A DNA stretch of 41,580 bases from Bacteroidaceae bacterium (GTDB lineage: Bacteria > Bacteroidota > Bacteroidia > Bacteroidales > Bacteroidaceae), in NCBI GenBank assembly GCA_017631585.1, contig JAGBSZ010000003.1, positions 1-41,580 on the forward strand. Direction: 5' to 3'. The notes below the pieces were generated by a model that worked only from the letters and a program-made list of their open reading frames with translations, was not told the DNA's origin and made no database searches. A program made the position numbers and the translations under genes. Below are positions 14,082 to 24,572 of this stretch, one piece after another (the stretch's first letter is position 1; each line of letters begins with the position of its first letter).

Positions 14082-15557
14082 TCAACGGTTCAGTTTCCAA
14101 GTTGAGCCATCCTTGCCATCCTTAATCTCAAAACCGAGAGCGGCAAGCTCGTCACGGATTTTGTCGCTTGTAGCCCAATCCTTGTTGGCTTTAGCCACCT
14201 GACGCTGTTGCAGGAGCATATCTACCACTTTACCGAAAGCCTCCTCGCGTCCGCTGTCAGAGCCACGCTCTTCCTTAAGACCAAGAATATCAAAGGCAAA
14301 GAGTTTGAATGTCTCCTTTAGTTCAGCAAGGTCACTTTCACTGATTGTAGCCTTTTTGTCGGCAATCTGGTTGATTGCACGGCAGGCATCGAACAGATGT
14401 GATATAACCAGAGCGGTGTTCATATCGTCGTTCATTGCATCGTAGCACTTTGTACGGAGCGATGCCACGTCAACAGTTTTTTCGCCTGAAGAAACAAGAT
14501 TGCAAAGAGTCTTATAAGCCTCAAGCAAACGTTGCATGCCCTTTTCAGCTGCCTGCAATGCCTCGTTGCTGAAATCGACAGTACTGCGATAGTGTGCCTG
14601 CAGTATGAAGAAACGGATTGTCATTGGCGAATATGGCTGTGCGAGCAGCTTATGTGTTCCGTTGAAGAATTCATCGAGGGTGATGAAGTTGCCCAACGAC
14701 TTACCCATCTTTGTTCCGTTGATGGTTATCATGTTGTTGTGCATCCAATATTTAACTACGTGCTTGCCCATTGCTGCCATACCCTGTGCAATCTCGCACT
14801 CATGATGCGGGAATACAAGGTCCATACCGCCACCGTGAATATCGAACTGCTCGCCAAGGTACTTGCGTCCCATTGCAGTACACTCACAATGCCATCCGGG
14901 GAAGCCATTGCTCCATGGAGAGGGCCAACGCATGATATGTTCGGGCTGTGCGCACTTCCATAGGGCAAAATCGGCCGGGTTACGTTTTTCGTTCTGCCCG
15001 TCGAGCTCTCGTGTGGTATTAAGCACATCCTCAAGATTACGACCTGAAAGAATACCGTAATGGTGTGCCTTGTCATACTTTGCAACATCGAAATACACCG
15101 AACCTTCGCTCTCGTATGCAAAGCCGTTGTCAAGAATCTCTTTGACGAGTTCTATCTGTTCGATGATGTGTCCTGAAGCATGTGGTTCAATGCTTGGTGG
15201 AAGAACATTAAGAGCCTCCATTACCTTGTGATAATGCAGTGTATAGTGCTGAACCACCTCCATAGGTTCAAGCTGCTCCAGACGGGCTTTCTTTGCAATC
15301 TTGTCCTCTCCGTCATCGGCATCATGTTCAAGATGACCTACATCGGTAATGTTACGCACGTAACGCACCTTGTAACCGATGTTCTGAAGATAACGGAACA
15401 GCACGTCGAATGTTATCGCAGGGCGTGCGTGACCAAGATGGGCAGGGCCATATACTGTGGGACCGCATACATACATTCCCACATTGGGAGCATGCAAAGG
15501 TTCAAACAGCTCTTTCTTACGCGAAAGCGTATTGTATATCATGAATTTATTTTCCAT
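14082..15557 (-). CDS. cysS: cysteine--tRNA ligase
   Basis: Class I aaRS motifs HLGHAR (HIGH) and KMGKSLGN (KMSKS); 491 aa. The start could alternatively be the M at codon 6 (15542). Confidence 0.95.
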   Translation of the reverse strand: MENKFMIYNTLSRKKELFEPLHAPNVGMYVCGPTVYGPAHLGHARPAITFDVLFRYLQNIGYKVRYVRNITDVGHLEHDADDGEDKIAKKARLEQLEPMEVVQHYTLHYHKVMEALNVLPPSIEPHASGHIIEQIELVKEILDNGFAYESEGSVYFDVAKYDKAHHYGILSGRNLEDVLNTTRELDGQNEKRNPADFALWKCAQPEHIMRWPSPWSNGFPGWHCECTAMGRKYLGEQFDIHGGGMDLVFPHHECEIAQGMAAMGKHVVKYWMHNNMITINGTKMGKSLGNFITLDEFFNGTHKLLAQPYSPMTIRFFILQAHYRSTVDFSNEALQAAEKGMQRLLEAYKTLCNLVSSGEKTVDVASLRTKCYDAMNDDMNTALVISHLFDACRAINQIADKKATISESDLAELKETFKLFAFDILGLKEERGSDSGREEAFGKVVDMLLQQRQVAKANKDWATSDKIRDELAALGFEIKDGKDGSTWKLNR

Positions 15558-15600
15558 ACTTTATTTATATTATTGTGATACTATTTGTTTTATGTCCAAC

Positions 15601-17514
15601 TCAAAATTTACGTGTAGCATTACGGTTCATCTTCTTGCGCTCCTTATCGGGCTTTTGCTTTGTAATCTCAAGAGGTTTCTGCTTGTCAAGCGGAGAGTTT
15701 ATGTCCCAATCGTCCTGAGAATATTCAAACAATGCCCTCAACTCGAGGGAACGGTTATAGTAATGTACCTTTTCGGGCTGTTGTCCCTTCTCATATTCAC
15801 CGGTATCCCATTTGCCGTTGCCATTTTCGTCAATGAACAAACGCAGATAATAGACACCCGGAGATATGAAATAGAAGGCACAGCGATTCTCATTTGTGCG
15901 CTCCGTCTGCACCACTGAACCGCTTTTGTTCAGTAGCTGTACATAAGCATTGTTGCCTGTTCCCGGAATATCAAGATAGAGTACAGCATATTCCTCCAAT
16001 GGGCGGAATTTCATCTCCTGTCTGAATGCATTTGACACTCCGCCGTATATGCCTTTGAACACAGCAGAATCAACCTCTACAAGATAGGTTTCATCAGGAC
16101 GCCATTCGGCGTACAGATTGAATTTCTTTATATCCCTGTCGGGACGGAAAAGATGTTCTATCGGCACCCATAGCGTATCGACTTTCTTTGACAGATGTAT
16201 CCCCATTGTATCAAGAGAGATAAGAGGCTCATCGAACATGAAGCTTACTGTCTTATTCACATCCATGGAAGAAGAACCGGTGAAACGCACCTTAAGTTCC
16301 TCGACGGGTGGAATATATTCGGGCGGATTGTTCTCGTCGTAATCATCGCGACGCTTTGCCTGCTTGAGAAAATCCTTGCGCGCCTTTTCCAATTTCTCAT
16401 TCTGCAACTCCATTACCTTAGCCCAGCGACGTTTTGCCGAAGCATAGACTGTATCAGTTTTTGCTACCATGTTGCCAAGAGAGTCGGCAATATTATATGT
16501 TGTCTTTAACAACAAAGTATCGGCACGATACACCAGAGAATCTTTGAACCAGAGTGTCAAAGTGTCATTATTCACACTGTTTTCAAGAATATATGCATCG
16601 TTATCGAAATTGATACCTTCTATTACAGGAGCCTCCTCGTTAGGTGCGGCAAAATAGAGTGTCAGCTTGTTGTGGCTGTCGCGAGGTGACTTCACAAGAT
16701 ATTGCGAATAGAACTCCTCTTTGAAAGCCCTGAGTACAATATCATCGGGCTGAAAGCGTGTATATGGCACATACTTTATGGTATCTATGGTGAGACTGTC
16801 GCGCCATACGGTATCAGGACGTATTGCAGGAGTTGCAAATGGAGACACGTATGTATCCATAAATGCCAGTTGCTCGCTCTTCTGGTCGAAAATATTGTTG
16901 CTGTTTGCATCAGCCAACGCATAAACGCGATACTTTCCGGGAGCAATGCCTTTTATAACAAAGTGACCTTTTGAATCGGTGCGCGACACTCTCTCGAAAG
17001 GCAACGTTGTAAGTACAGAATCCTCAAGCGATGAATGCAGACCTACGACGATACCTTTTATAGGCTCAAGGTCTTCGGCATTCAGAACTGTTCCCGACAC
17101 GGCAAGTGTATCAACCACATCTCCGGTTGAGAAGTAGTAAGCAAAATCCTCGTATGGGTTTCCTTCGTTATTATCGGCTATGGCATCGCCAAAATCTATC
17201 GAATATGTAACATTAGGTATGAGGCTGTCGATAAGCTCCACTGTGACACGTTTTGCCGATGACTTGATCTCGGGCATCTCCTTTTGCGGAGGGGATACAA
17301 TCACCTTTTCAAAAGCATTCACCAATTTGATGTTTTCATCAAAATCGAGAGTTATCTTGCCTGTTTTCACATTGGTTGCGCCAATAGCAGGCTTAGCCTC
17401 CACGAGAACAGGCGGTTCCTCGTCGTAAGGACCACCGTCAGGTGTTCCCATGCTTGCACATGCGACAAAAAGGAACAGTGATACTGCCAATAATATGTTA
17501 TAGTATATTTTCAT
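15601..17514 (-). CDS. Ig-like domain-containing lipoprotein, function unknown
   Basis: Lipobox LFLFVAC at the N-terminus, followed by a bacterial Ig-like (SbsA-type) region ..PPVLVEAKPAIGATNVKTGKITLDFDENI.. . 637 aa with a basic C-terminal tail. The start overlaps the stop of the upstream GH3-family gene (ATGA). Confidence 0.7.
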   Translation of the reverse strand: MKIYYNILLAVSLFLFVACASMGTPDGGPYDEEPPVLVEAKPAIGATNVKTGKITLDFDENIKLVNAFEKVIVSPPQKEMPEIKSSAKRVTVELIDSLIPNVTYSIDFGDAIADNNEGNPYEDFAYYFSTGDVVDTLAVSGTVLNAEDLEPIKGIVVGLHSSLEDSVLTTLPFERVSRTDSKGHFVIKGIAPGKYRVYALADANSNNIFDQKSEQLAFMDTYVSPFATPAIRPDTVWRDSLTIDTIKYVPYTRFQPDDIVLRAFKEEFYSQYLVKSPRDSHNKLTLYFAAPNEEAPVIEGINFDNDAYILENSVNNDTLTLWFKDSLVYRADTLLLKTTYNIADSLGNMVAKTDTVYASAKRRWAKVMELQNEKLEKARKDFLKQAKRRDDYDENNPPEYIPPVEELKVRFTGSSSMDVNKTVSFMFDEPLISLDTMGIHLSKKVDTLWVPIEHLFRPDRDIKKFNLYAEWRPDETYLVEVDSAVFKGIYGGVSNAFRQEMKFRPLEEYAVLYLDIPGTGNNAYVQLLNKSGSVVQTERTNENRCAFYFISPGVYYLRLFIDENGNGKWDTGEYEKGQQPEKVHYYNRSLELRALFEYSQDDWDINSPLDKQKPLEITKQKPDKERKKMNRNATRKF

Positions 17515-19022
17515 CTCTTGTTCATTAACAATAGTTCGTCTATATGTTGACGATTGTTGCTCAAACGCGGAACTTTATGCTGACCGCCCAGCTTACCCTT
17601 GCCTTTCAGCCAATCGTTGAACAACCCCTCTCTTGCAACCACAACTTCAAGTTGCTGCATGGTCTTGTTCTTGTATCGCTTTGCCTCATAATCCGAATTT
17701 ATCTGCTGCAGTTCGTCATCGAGGATTTCGGCGAATCGCTCAACAGAGCCAGGTTTCTTTGAAAACTCGATAAGCCACTGGTGGCGACACTTGGCATTTT
17801 CATCCATAAACACCGGAGCTGCAGTATAATCGAGAATACGGGCACCCGTAGCAGAACAGGCTTTTAAAAGTCCTTTCTCGGCATTGTCAATTATAAGTTC
17901 CTCACCGAATGCATTTATAAAATGCTTTGTTCTACCGGATATTACTATCTTGTATGGGTCTTTGCTTGTAAAGCGCACCGTATCACCCAACATATAACGC
18001 CATAAGCCGCATGATGTGGATATAAGCATCGCATAATTCTTGCCGACCTCAACTTCCCATAAAGGAAGTACTGTAGGATTCGGTGAATTCAGCTCTTCAA
18101 ACGGAATGAACTCATAGAACACGTCGTAATCAATCATTAGAAGCATTGCCGAATCTGACGGGTCGTTCTGAATGGCAAAGAAACCTTCACTTGCGTTGTA
18201 GGTCTCCATGTATTGCATCTTAGGATTCCTTATCAGATTGCGATACTGCTCACGGTAAGAGGAGAAAGCAACACCGCCATGAAAAAAGACTTCAAGGTTA
18301 GGCCATAGCTCATCAATATACTCTTTTCCTGTAATATCGAGCATGTGTTTTAGAACAGCCATCATCCACGAAGGAACACCCGAAATATTCGTAATGTTCA
18401 TTCCTGATGTGAGAGTGGCGATTCTGTCCATTTTCTCTTCAAAATCGCTCAACAGGGCAATATCTTTGCCGGGAACACGGAATTTATTTATCAACGACGG
18501 ACAATTCTCTATAAGTATTGCGCTCAAATCACCAACCAGGGTTCCCGGAAGATTGTAGTTGGGTGCATGACTGCCACCAAGAATCAAGCTCTTGCCGGAA
18601 AAGATACGGCTTGACGGATTATTTACCACATATTGTGCAACAACATCCGTAGCACCCCTGTAATGGATATTCCGTAATCCACGTGGAGTAACCGGAATAA
18701 ACTTACTCTTGTCGTTGGTTGTTCCCGATGATTTAGCAAACCATTTGCAACCGCCCTTCCAAAGCACATCCTTTTCCCCATGGCGCATACGGTCGATATA
18801 ACCTTTCAGGCTCTCGTAGTCCTGAACTGCAACAGATTGTGCAAACTGCTCATAGTTTGCAATGGCAGAATAGGAATGTTTGATGCCCCACTCTGTTGCT
18901 GAAGCTGTGCCAATGAGACGCTTAAGTACCTCGCGTTGTATTCGCTCGGTACTATAAGCGTATTTGGATATCTGCTTTACTCTACAACTCAAATATGGTT
19001 TTGCTATCGGTGTAAAGTTCAT
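17511..19022 (-). CDS. GH3 (auxin-responsive promoter) family acyl-adenylate-forming enzyme, substrate unknown
   Basis: 503 aa. The motif ..FAKSSGTTNDKSKFIPVT.. and overall collinearity match the bacterial GH3/JAR1-like adenylating superfamily that is common in Bacteroidetes. Confidence 0.8.
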   Translation of the reverse strand: MNFTPIAKPYLSCRVKQISKYAYSTERIQREVLKRLIGTASATEWGIKHSYSAIANYEQFAQSVAVQDYESLKGYIDRMRHGEKDVLWKGGCKWFAKSSGTTNDKSKFIPVTPRGLRNIHYRGATDVVAQYVVNNPSSRIFSGKSLILGGSHAPNYNLPGTLVGDLSAILIENCPSLINKFRVPGKDIALLSDFEEKMDRIATLTSGMNITNISGVPSWMMAVLKHMLDITGKEYIDELWPNLEVFFHGGVAFSSYREQYRNLIRNPKMQYMETYNASEGFFAIQNDPSDSAMLLMIDYDVFYEFIPFEELNSPNPTVLPLWEVEVGKNYAMLISTSCGLWRYMLGDTVRFTSKDPYKIVISGRTKHFINAFGEELIIDNAEKGLLKACSATGARILDYTAAPVFMDENAKCRHQWLIEFSKKPGSVERFAEILDDELQQINSDYEAKRYKNKTMQQLEVVVAREGLFNDWLKGKGKLGGQHKVPRLSNNRQHIDELLLMNKR

Positions 19023-19036
19023 AAAGCCACTATATC

Positions 19037-21136
19037 TTACTTCTCAAATTTTTTGAGTCCCTTTTCAAGGAAATTGATGTAAGCATCTACATCGAGGTTG
19101 AATGAATATGATCCGCAAAGAGGATTTCCGTCTGCATCAACCAATACATAGAAAGGCTGTGCGTTGGCTCCGAAACGGTGTCCCTGAAGATAGGTCCACT
19201 TGTCACCGACTGTTTCAAGCATAACCATCTTACCGTTAATCTCAACCTCGAAAGGCTCAGCAAGCGGTGTTCTGTCATCGACATACAACGAAGCTACGAT
19301 ATAATCATCGCGCATTATGTCTATAACACGGTCATCGCTCCATACCGAAGCCTCCATATTACGACAGTTCACACAACCATGACCTGTAAAATCGAGCAAC
19401 ACCGGTTTACCCTCACGACGACCCATCTCAAGAGCGAGTTCGTAATCATCTACATGAGGATGGAAGCTGTTGTCATACAAGCTGAAGTCCTGAGTACTCA
19501 TAGGTGGAGCAAAAGCGCTGACAGCCTTACATGGCGCACCCCAAAGACCAGGTATCATGTATATTGCAAAAGCGATAGAAACAAGTCCCATAAAGAAACC
19601 GGGAACAGAAGCCTTCTTGTCATCTTCGTCATCGTGTGGCAAACGTACAATCTTCAACAGGTACAAGCCAAGGATAGCAAACAATGCAATCCACAAAGCA
19701 AGGAATGTCTCACGGTCGAGCAATCCCCAGTGGTATGATAGGTCGGCTACAGAGAAGAACTTCAAGGCAAAAGCAATCTCAACAAAACCAAGAACAACCT
19801 TGATAGTATTCATCCAGCTACCTGAGCGTGGAGTCTGCTTGAGCAATGATGGGAAGAGGGCAAACAATGTGAATGGCAACGCCAATGCAAGAGCAAAGCC
19901 CAACATACCCACAGCAGGACCGAATATTTCACCTGATGTAGAAACCTCTACCAAAAGGAAACCGATGATAGGACCTGTACATGAGAATGAAACAAGAGTC
20001 AATGTGAATGCCATGAAGAATATGCTCAACAATCCGCTTGTATTTCCGGCTTTCTCGTCGATTTTGTTTGTCCATGAAGATGGCAATGTAATCTCGAAAC
20101 CGCCAAGGAATGATGCACCGAAGATAAGCAACATCAAGCAGAATATAATATTGAATACTGCATTTGTAGAGAGAGCATTCAATGCACCTGCACCGAATAT
20201 AAGTGTCACTGCCAAACCGAGGACAAGGTAAATAACGATGATTGAAGCACCATAGATAAGAGCCTCGCGGATAGCCTGCTTACGTCCTTTTGAACGCTTA
20301 AGGAAGAAACTTACAGTCATGGGGATGATTGGCCACACACATGGTGTGAGCAAAGCCAACAGACCACCGCCGAATCCCAAAATGAATGTAATCCAGATAG
20401 AACGGTTACCGGTTTCTTCTGCCTCGTTCTGCATTGCTATAACCTCAACTACAGGTTCCCACAAAGAGTTCTCTTTCTTGTTTTCAGCTACAGCAACAAC
20501 CTCAGCAGGTTTTGCCTCTTCCACCACAGGCGCAACGGGCTGTGCAACAGCAACAGGAGCCGGTTCTTCAGCTTTCTTGGCTGGCTGAACAGGTTCTTTC
20601 TTTACCGGCGCTGCAGGTTTCTCCTCTTTTTTCACAGCCGGTGCAGCAGGTTTTGCAACCTCCTTTACAACAGGTTTCTCAACAACAGCTTCGCCTGTTA
20701 TATCAAAGTCGTAACGTCCGGGAACACAATTTGAATCACTGCAAGACTGGAAACGCAAAGTTCCTTTGATGCGGTACTTTCCACCAAGGAATTTAACCTT
20801 CTGGGTAAATACTGCACTCTCGCTGAAATATGAAACCATCATCTCGAACATCTGGTCCATTTCTGTTACAGCACCATCACTCGGTGTAAGTTCACCTACA
20901 ATCTCAGCACCTTCGACAAGGCTGTAGTTAACCTCCATAGGGGCCGGACCACCCTCAGGAATGTTTGTCGAATAGAGATGGAAGCCATCTTCGATATAAG
21001 CCTCGAATTCAATAGTGCCGTCAGCACCATTGACAATTACATTCTCTTCGAAAGTCACAGGTTCTGCACCTCCGAACTGAGCACTCAAATTCAATGTTGT
21101 AACAAACAACAACAATGACAATAAAACTTTTTTCAT
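19037..21136 (-). CDS. thiol:disulfide interchange protein DsbD family (N-terminal domain, Pro/Ala/Lys linker, DsbD membrane core, C-terminal thioredoxin)
   Basis: Signal peptide ..LNLSA/QF. Membrane core with LLALLTPCVWPIIPMT. C-terminal thioredoxin fold with GHGCVNCRNME (CxxC). 699 aa. Confidence 0.88.
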   Translation of the reverse strand: MKKVLLSLLLFVTTLNLSAQFGGAEPVTFEENVIVNGADGTIEFEAYIEDGFHLYSTNIPEGGPAPMEVNYSLVEGAEIVGELTPSDGAVTEMDQMFEMMVSYFSESAVFTQKVKFLGGKYRIKGTLRFQSCSDSNCVPGRYDFDITGEAVVEKPVVKEVAKPAAPAVKKEEKPAAPVKKEPVQPAKKAEEPAPVAVAQPVAPVVEEAKPAEVVAVAENKKENSLWEPVVEVIAMQNEAEETGNRSIWITFILGFGGGLLALLTPCVWPIIPMTVSFFLKRSKGRKQAIREALIYGASIIVIYLVLGLAVTLIFGAGALNALSTNAVFNIIFCLMLLIFGASFLGGFEITLPSSWTNKIDEKAGNTSGLLSIFFMAFTLTLVSFSCTGPIIGFLLVEVSTSGEIFGPAVGMLGFALALALPFTLFALFPSLLKQTPRSGSWMNTIKVVLGFVEIAFALKFFSVADLSYHWGLLDRETFLALWIALFAILGLYLLKIVRLPHDDEDDKKASVPGFFMGLVSIAFAIYMIPGLWGAPCKAVSAFAPPMSTQDFSLYDNSFHPHVDDYELALEMGRREGKPVLLDFTGHGCVNCRNMEASVWSDDRVIDIMRDDYIVASLYVDDRTPLAEPFEVEINGKMVMLETVGDKWTYLQGHRFGANAQPFYVLVDADGNPLCGSYSFNLDVDAYINFLEKGLKKFEK

Positions 21137-21152
21137 ATATCTAATTTTTAAA

Positions 21153-22508
21153 TTATAAATCCATCAGATTCTTACGTATTCTCCACTCTGCCGGATAAAG
21201 GTTATTTGCTCTGTTGCCGACATTCTTTACAAAACCGATAGGCACATTCCTGTATGTAAGCAGAAGATAACCTATCGGATAGTCCTGCAACGCCAATGTT
21301 TCGCGATGCAGATACATCAAAGCACGGTCAAGTTCCAACTCAACAACGGTAAAAGCCTCTCTACGCAAAGAGGTACTCATTGCCAACGCATGCACCGGCA
21401 ACAGTTTATTGTTCTTTACCGTTGCCACAGGCAAGCCACAATGCAGCACACACAACTTCTGTTGCAGGGCAACCATTGCCGATGTATGTTCCTTGGGCAT
21501 AGCTGTAATCAACTCATCGTTCTGAACGAAATCGAACAATTCAGGACTCTCCACCATTGATTCCACTTCACCCATTATTTTTGCCGGCACTTTCTGCAAA
21601 CGCGGCTGACGCGGTTGAGCCAATGAGGCTTCGCCATCTTTTCTTAGCACTGCAAGAAAGAAACCCTCTCCATCGGTTGCACCGGGAATAAAACGATACA
21701 CCGGCAAATTTTCATCTGCAAGTGAGCCTGTAATTCCCCAATCGGGCGATACATTCAGTTCAAGCACCTCAGCACCGAGTTCCTCTGCTATCCAACGCAC
21801 ATTCTGTTCATTCTCTTCGCTGTTGAATGTACAGGTACTATAGACCAATAATCCACCCGGGCGTAAAGATTTCCAGATATCCGACAATATTTCTCTTTGG
21901 CGTTCGGCACACATCTCCACATTGGAAACGCTCCACTGCTCTACAGCTTTAGGCTCCTTACGGAACATACCCTCTCCCGAACAAGGTGCATCAACAAGTA
22001 TAAAGTCAAAGAAATCTCTGAAAGAGGCAAAATCAGCCGGCAGATTCTTTGTTACCACAGATGCCGGATTACCCCACTTGGTCACATTCTCGGCAAGTAT
22101 CTGCGCACGCAAAGGCATCGGTTCGTTTGAAACAAGCATACTGCCTTGTGGCAAAGCCGAAAGCAGATGCGTTGACTTTCCACCAGGAGCCGCACACAGA
22201 TCGAGGGCTCTGACAGGCTCGCTGACATACTGCTTGACAACCTGCTCGACGAACATCGATGACGCCTCCTGTACATAATAGCAACCGGCATGAAAAAGGG
22301 GGTCGGCTGTAAACAGAGGACGTTCCGGAAGATAATATCCCTGAGTTGCCCAAGGCACAGCCACTGCATCACGCTCTGCTGTATATTTCTTTACATTATG
22401 ACGAACACTGACTACAGGCTCTACATCGAGCGCCTGCGCAAAACGGGCATAAAGCTCTTTGCCGAAAAGAGCCTCTGTCCTGTTTGTAAAATCAGCATTC
22501 AGTTTCAT
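21153..22508 (-). CDS. RsmB/RsmF (NOL1/NOP2/Sun) family RNA cytosine-C5 methyltransferase
   Basis: SAM motif DLCAAPGGKST, catalytic cysteines in VDAPCSGEGMFRK and YSTCTF, and a C-terminal RsmF-like extension; 451 aa. Confidence 0.85.
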   Translation of the reverse strand: MKLNADFTNRTEALFGKELYARFAQALDVEPVVSVRHNVKKYTAERDAVAVPWATQGYYLPERPLFTADPLFHAGCYYVQEASSMFVEQVVKQYVSEPVRALDLCAAPGGKSTHLLSALPQGSMLVSNEPMPLRAQILAENVTKWGNPASVVTKNLPADFASFRDFFDFILVDAPCSGEGMFRKEPKAVEQWSVSNVEMCAERQREILSDIWKSLRPGGLLVYSTCTFNSEENEQNVRWIAEELGAEVLELNVSPDWGITGSLADENLPVYRFIPGATDGEGFFLAVLRKDGEASLAQPRQPRLQKVPAKIMGEVESMVESPELFDFVQNDELITAMPKEHTSAMVALQQKLCVLHCGLPVATVKNNKLLPVHALAMSTSLRREAFTVVELELDRALMYLHRETLALQDYPIGYLLLTYRNVPIGFVKNVGNRANNLYPAEWRIRKNLMDL

Positions 22509-22540
22509 ATTGAAAATAATTATATACCTCTCCTAATTTG

Positions 22541-22548
22541 CAAATATA
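22541..22548 (-). promoter_or_regulatory. candidate -7 box TATATTTG for the methyltransferase gene
   Basis: The reverse complement of CAAATATA matches TAnnTTTG; 33 nt upstream of ATG 22508. Confidence 0.4.
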
Positions 22549-22694
22549 ACATTTTAAATCGTTATACTATCCGTACAGAGAATATTTATTATAAATAATA
22601 ATTAAATTTAACTATTAAGAACAGGATTGAATATCAGCTCAACAATAAATGCTTATTAAACCGTTTTTCATTAGGAAAAAAAAATGCAAAACCA

Positions 22695-22702
22695 TATATT
22701 TG
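22695..22702 (+). promoter_or_regulatory. candidate -7 box TATATTTG for thyA-folA
   Basis: Matches TAnnTTTG; 28 nt upstream of ATG 22730. Confidence 0.45.
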
Positions 22703-22729
22703 CATATTATTTTAGAAAAAACAGACAAC

Positions 22730-23524
22730 ATGAAGCAATATCTTAATCTCCTTGAAAGAATCCTCAACGAAGGAGCAAAGAAAGAAGACCGCACCGGAAC
22801 AGGAACAATCAGTGTCTTTGGACACCAGATGCGTTTTAACCTTGAAGAGGGATTTCCTTGTCTTACAACAAAGAAGCTCCACCTCAAATCGATAATCCAT
22901 GAACTGCTATGGTTCCTGAATGGTGACACAAACGTTAAATACCTGCAGGAGAACGGTGTAAGAATATGGAACGAATGGGCTGACGAGAACGGCGATCTTG
23001 GACATATTTATGGTTACCAGTGGCGTTCATGGCCCGGATACAACGGCGAACACATAGACCAGATAAAAGAGGTTGTTGAGACAATAAAAAACAACCCTGA
23101 TTCACGACGCATTATCGTAAATGCCTGGAATGTAGCAGACATAAAGAATATGAATCTGCCACCATGCCATGCAATGTTCCAGTTCTATGTAGCCGACGGC
23201 AAACTGAGCTTGCAGCTATACCAGCGCAGTGCAGACTGCTTCCTAGGAGTTCCATTCAACATAGCATCATACTCATTGCTGCTGTTGATGATGGCACAGG
23301 TTACAGGACTGAAACCCGGAGAGTTCATTCACACATTAGGCGATGCGCATATATACCTGAACCATATCGAGCAGGTAAAGCTACAGCTCACACGTGAGCC
23401 CAAAAAGTTGCCTACTATGGCAATAAACCCGGATGTAAAGGATATATTCTCATTCAAGTACGAAGATTTTTCACTTGAGAATTACGATGCACACCCACAT
23501 ATCAAAGGCGTAGTAGCCGTATAA
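22730..23524 (+). CDS. thyA: thymidylate synthase
   Basis: [26 protein letters not shown].., the ..[13 protein letters not shown].. catalytic Cys loop, and ..DAHIY.NH.. . The start is placed at ATG 22730 (codon 28 of the track ORF), giving the canonical 264 aa. Confidence 0.96.
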   Translation: MKQYLNLLERILNEGAKKEDRTGTGTISVFGHQMRFNLEEGFPCLTTKKLHLKSIIHELLWFLNGDTNVKYLQENGVRIWNEWADENGDLGHIYGYQWRSWPGYNGEHIDQIKEVVETIKNNPDSRRIIVNAWNVADIKNMNLPPCHAMFQFYVADGKLSLQLYQRSADCFLGVPFNIASYSLLLLMMAQVTGLKPGEFIHTLGDAHIYLNHIEQVKLQLTREPKKLPTMAINPDVKDIFSFKYEDFSLENYDAHPHIKGVVAV

Positions 23525-23533
23525 GAATATAAT

Positions 23534-24031
23534 ATGCAAAAGATAGCACTAATAGCGGCAATCGCAAAAAACAATGCGATAGGTCTCGGCAACAAACTGA
23601 TATATTGGTTGCCGAACGACCTCAAACGCTTCAAGGAATTGACAACAGGACATACCATAATAATGGGCAGCAACACTTTCCGTTCATTGCCTAAAGGGGC
23701 ACTTCCCAACCGCAGGAACATAGTCCTTTCGCGCAAAGAGAACTCCTTCCCGGGAGCAGAGACATTCAAATCGTTAGAAGAGGCTCTTGCCAACTGCATG
23801 AACGAGGAGGTAATATACATAATCGGTGGAGAAATGCTATATAAGACAGCTATGCCCATTGCCGACATTCTGTGCCTGACCGAGGTCAACGACACGCCGG
23901 CAGAAGCAGATGCATTTTTCCCAGAGTTCACAAAAAGCGAATGGGAAGTCATACAGAACGAAGCACACCCAATAGACGAGAAGCACAATTTCGAATATCG
24001 CTTTGTAACTTACCTTAAGCGTAACAGGTAA
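23534..24031 (+). CDS. folA: dihydrofolate reductase
   Basis: ..IAAIAKNNAIGLGNKLIYWLPNDLKRFKELTTGHTIIMGSNTFRSLP.. is the classic DHFR N-terminal signature. 165 aa, 9 nt after thyA. Confidence 0.93.
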   Translation: MQKIALIAAIAKNNAIGLGNKLIYWLPNDLKRFKELTTGHTIIMGSNTFRSLPKGALPNRRNIVLSRKENSFPGAETFKSLEEALANCMNEEVIYIIGGEMLYKTAMPIADILCLTEVNDTPAEADAFFPEFTKSEWEVIQNEAHPIDEKHNFEYRFVTYLKRNR

Positions 24032-24047
24032 ACCACCACATATCAAC

Positions 24048-24080
24048 AAAAAAGCCACAACTCAGAGTTGTGGCTTTTTT
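24048..24080. terminator. bidirectional intrinsic terminator between folA and the exbD operon
   Basis: AAAAAA - GCCACAACT CAG AGTTGTGGC - TTTTTT. A GC-containing 9-bp stem with an A-tract on one side and a T-tract on the other, between convergent genes. Confidence 0.8.
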
Positions 24081-24099
24081 GTTGATTATAAGTATTCTA

Positions 24100-24570
24100 T
24101 TACTGTTTGTTTCTTTCGTCAGCAGAATACATGAGTGACAAAGCACGTGCTTTACGCAACTCCATCTTCACGTCTGTTATAATACCCATCTTTACATTCT
24201 GGTCGGTCTTCAACGCAACCTTCATTACAGCCTGGTCTGCCTGACGCATCAATGAACGCTCATTAACCACGAAAGGAGCAACCTCCTTGACGTTTGCAAA
24301 ACGGTCGTTCAACTGAACACGTGTACTCATACCCAACTGAGAAACATATTGCTTTGAAGGCGAACCGATATGAATGTTCACGACAGCTGTCTTACGTTCT
24401 ATCTTTGACAAGCCGGTTCCCTTTGGCAAGGTGTACTCCACCTTAACCTCCTCTTCACGCATAGATGTTACAATCATGAAGAAAAAGAGGATAGAGAAAA
24501 TCAAGTCAGGAAGTGACGAGGTATTCAATTCAGGCATTTCTGCCTTTCCTTTATTATTAAACTTACTCAT
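24100..24570 (-). CDS. exbD: ExbD/TolR family biopolymer transport protein
   Basis: 156 aa with a single N-terminal TM (..SLPDLIFSILFFFMIVTSM..) followed by a periplasmic domain; sits in the exbB-exbD cluster. Confidence 0.85.
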   Translation of the reverse strand: MSKFNNKGKAEMPELNTSSLPDLIFSILFFFMIVTSMREEEVKVEYTLPKGTGLSKIERKTAVVNIHIGSPSKQYVSQLGMSTRVQLNDRFANVKEVAPFVVNERSLMRQADQAVMKVALKTDQNVKMGIITDVKMELRKARALSLMYSADERNKQ

Positions 24571-24572
24571 AA

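Noticed and set aside
20471-20686. Apparent nucleotide-level repetition inside the DsbD-like gene, and a similar region at about 26400-26510 in exbB
   Set aside because: It translates to a Pro/Ala/Lys/Val/Glu low-complexity linker (KPAAPAVKKEEKPAAPVKKEPVQPAKK...). In exbB it translates to an acidic Glu/Ala/Val extension. This is in-frame compositional bias of interdomain linkers, not a tandem DNA repeat element.
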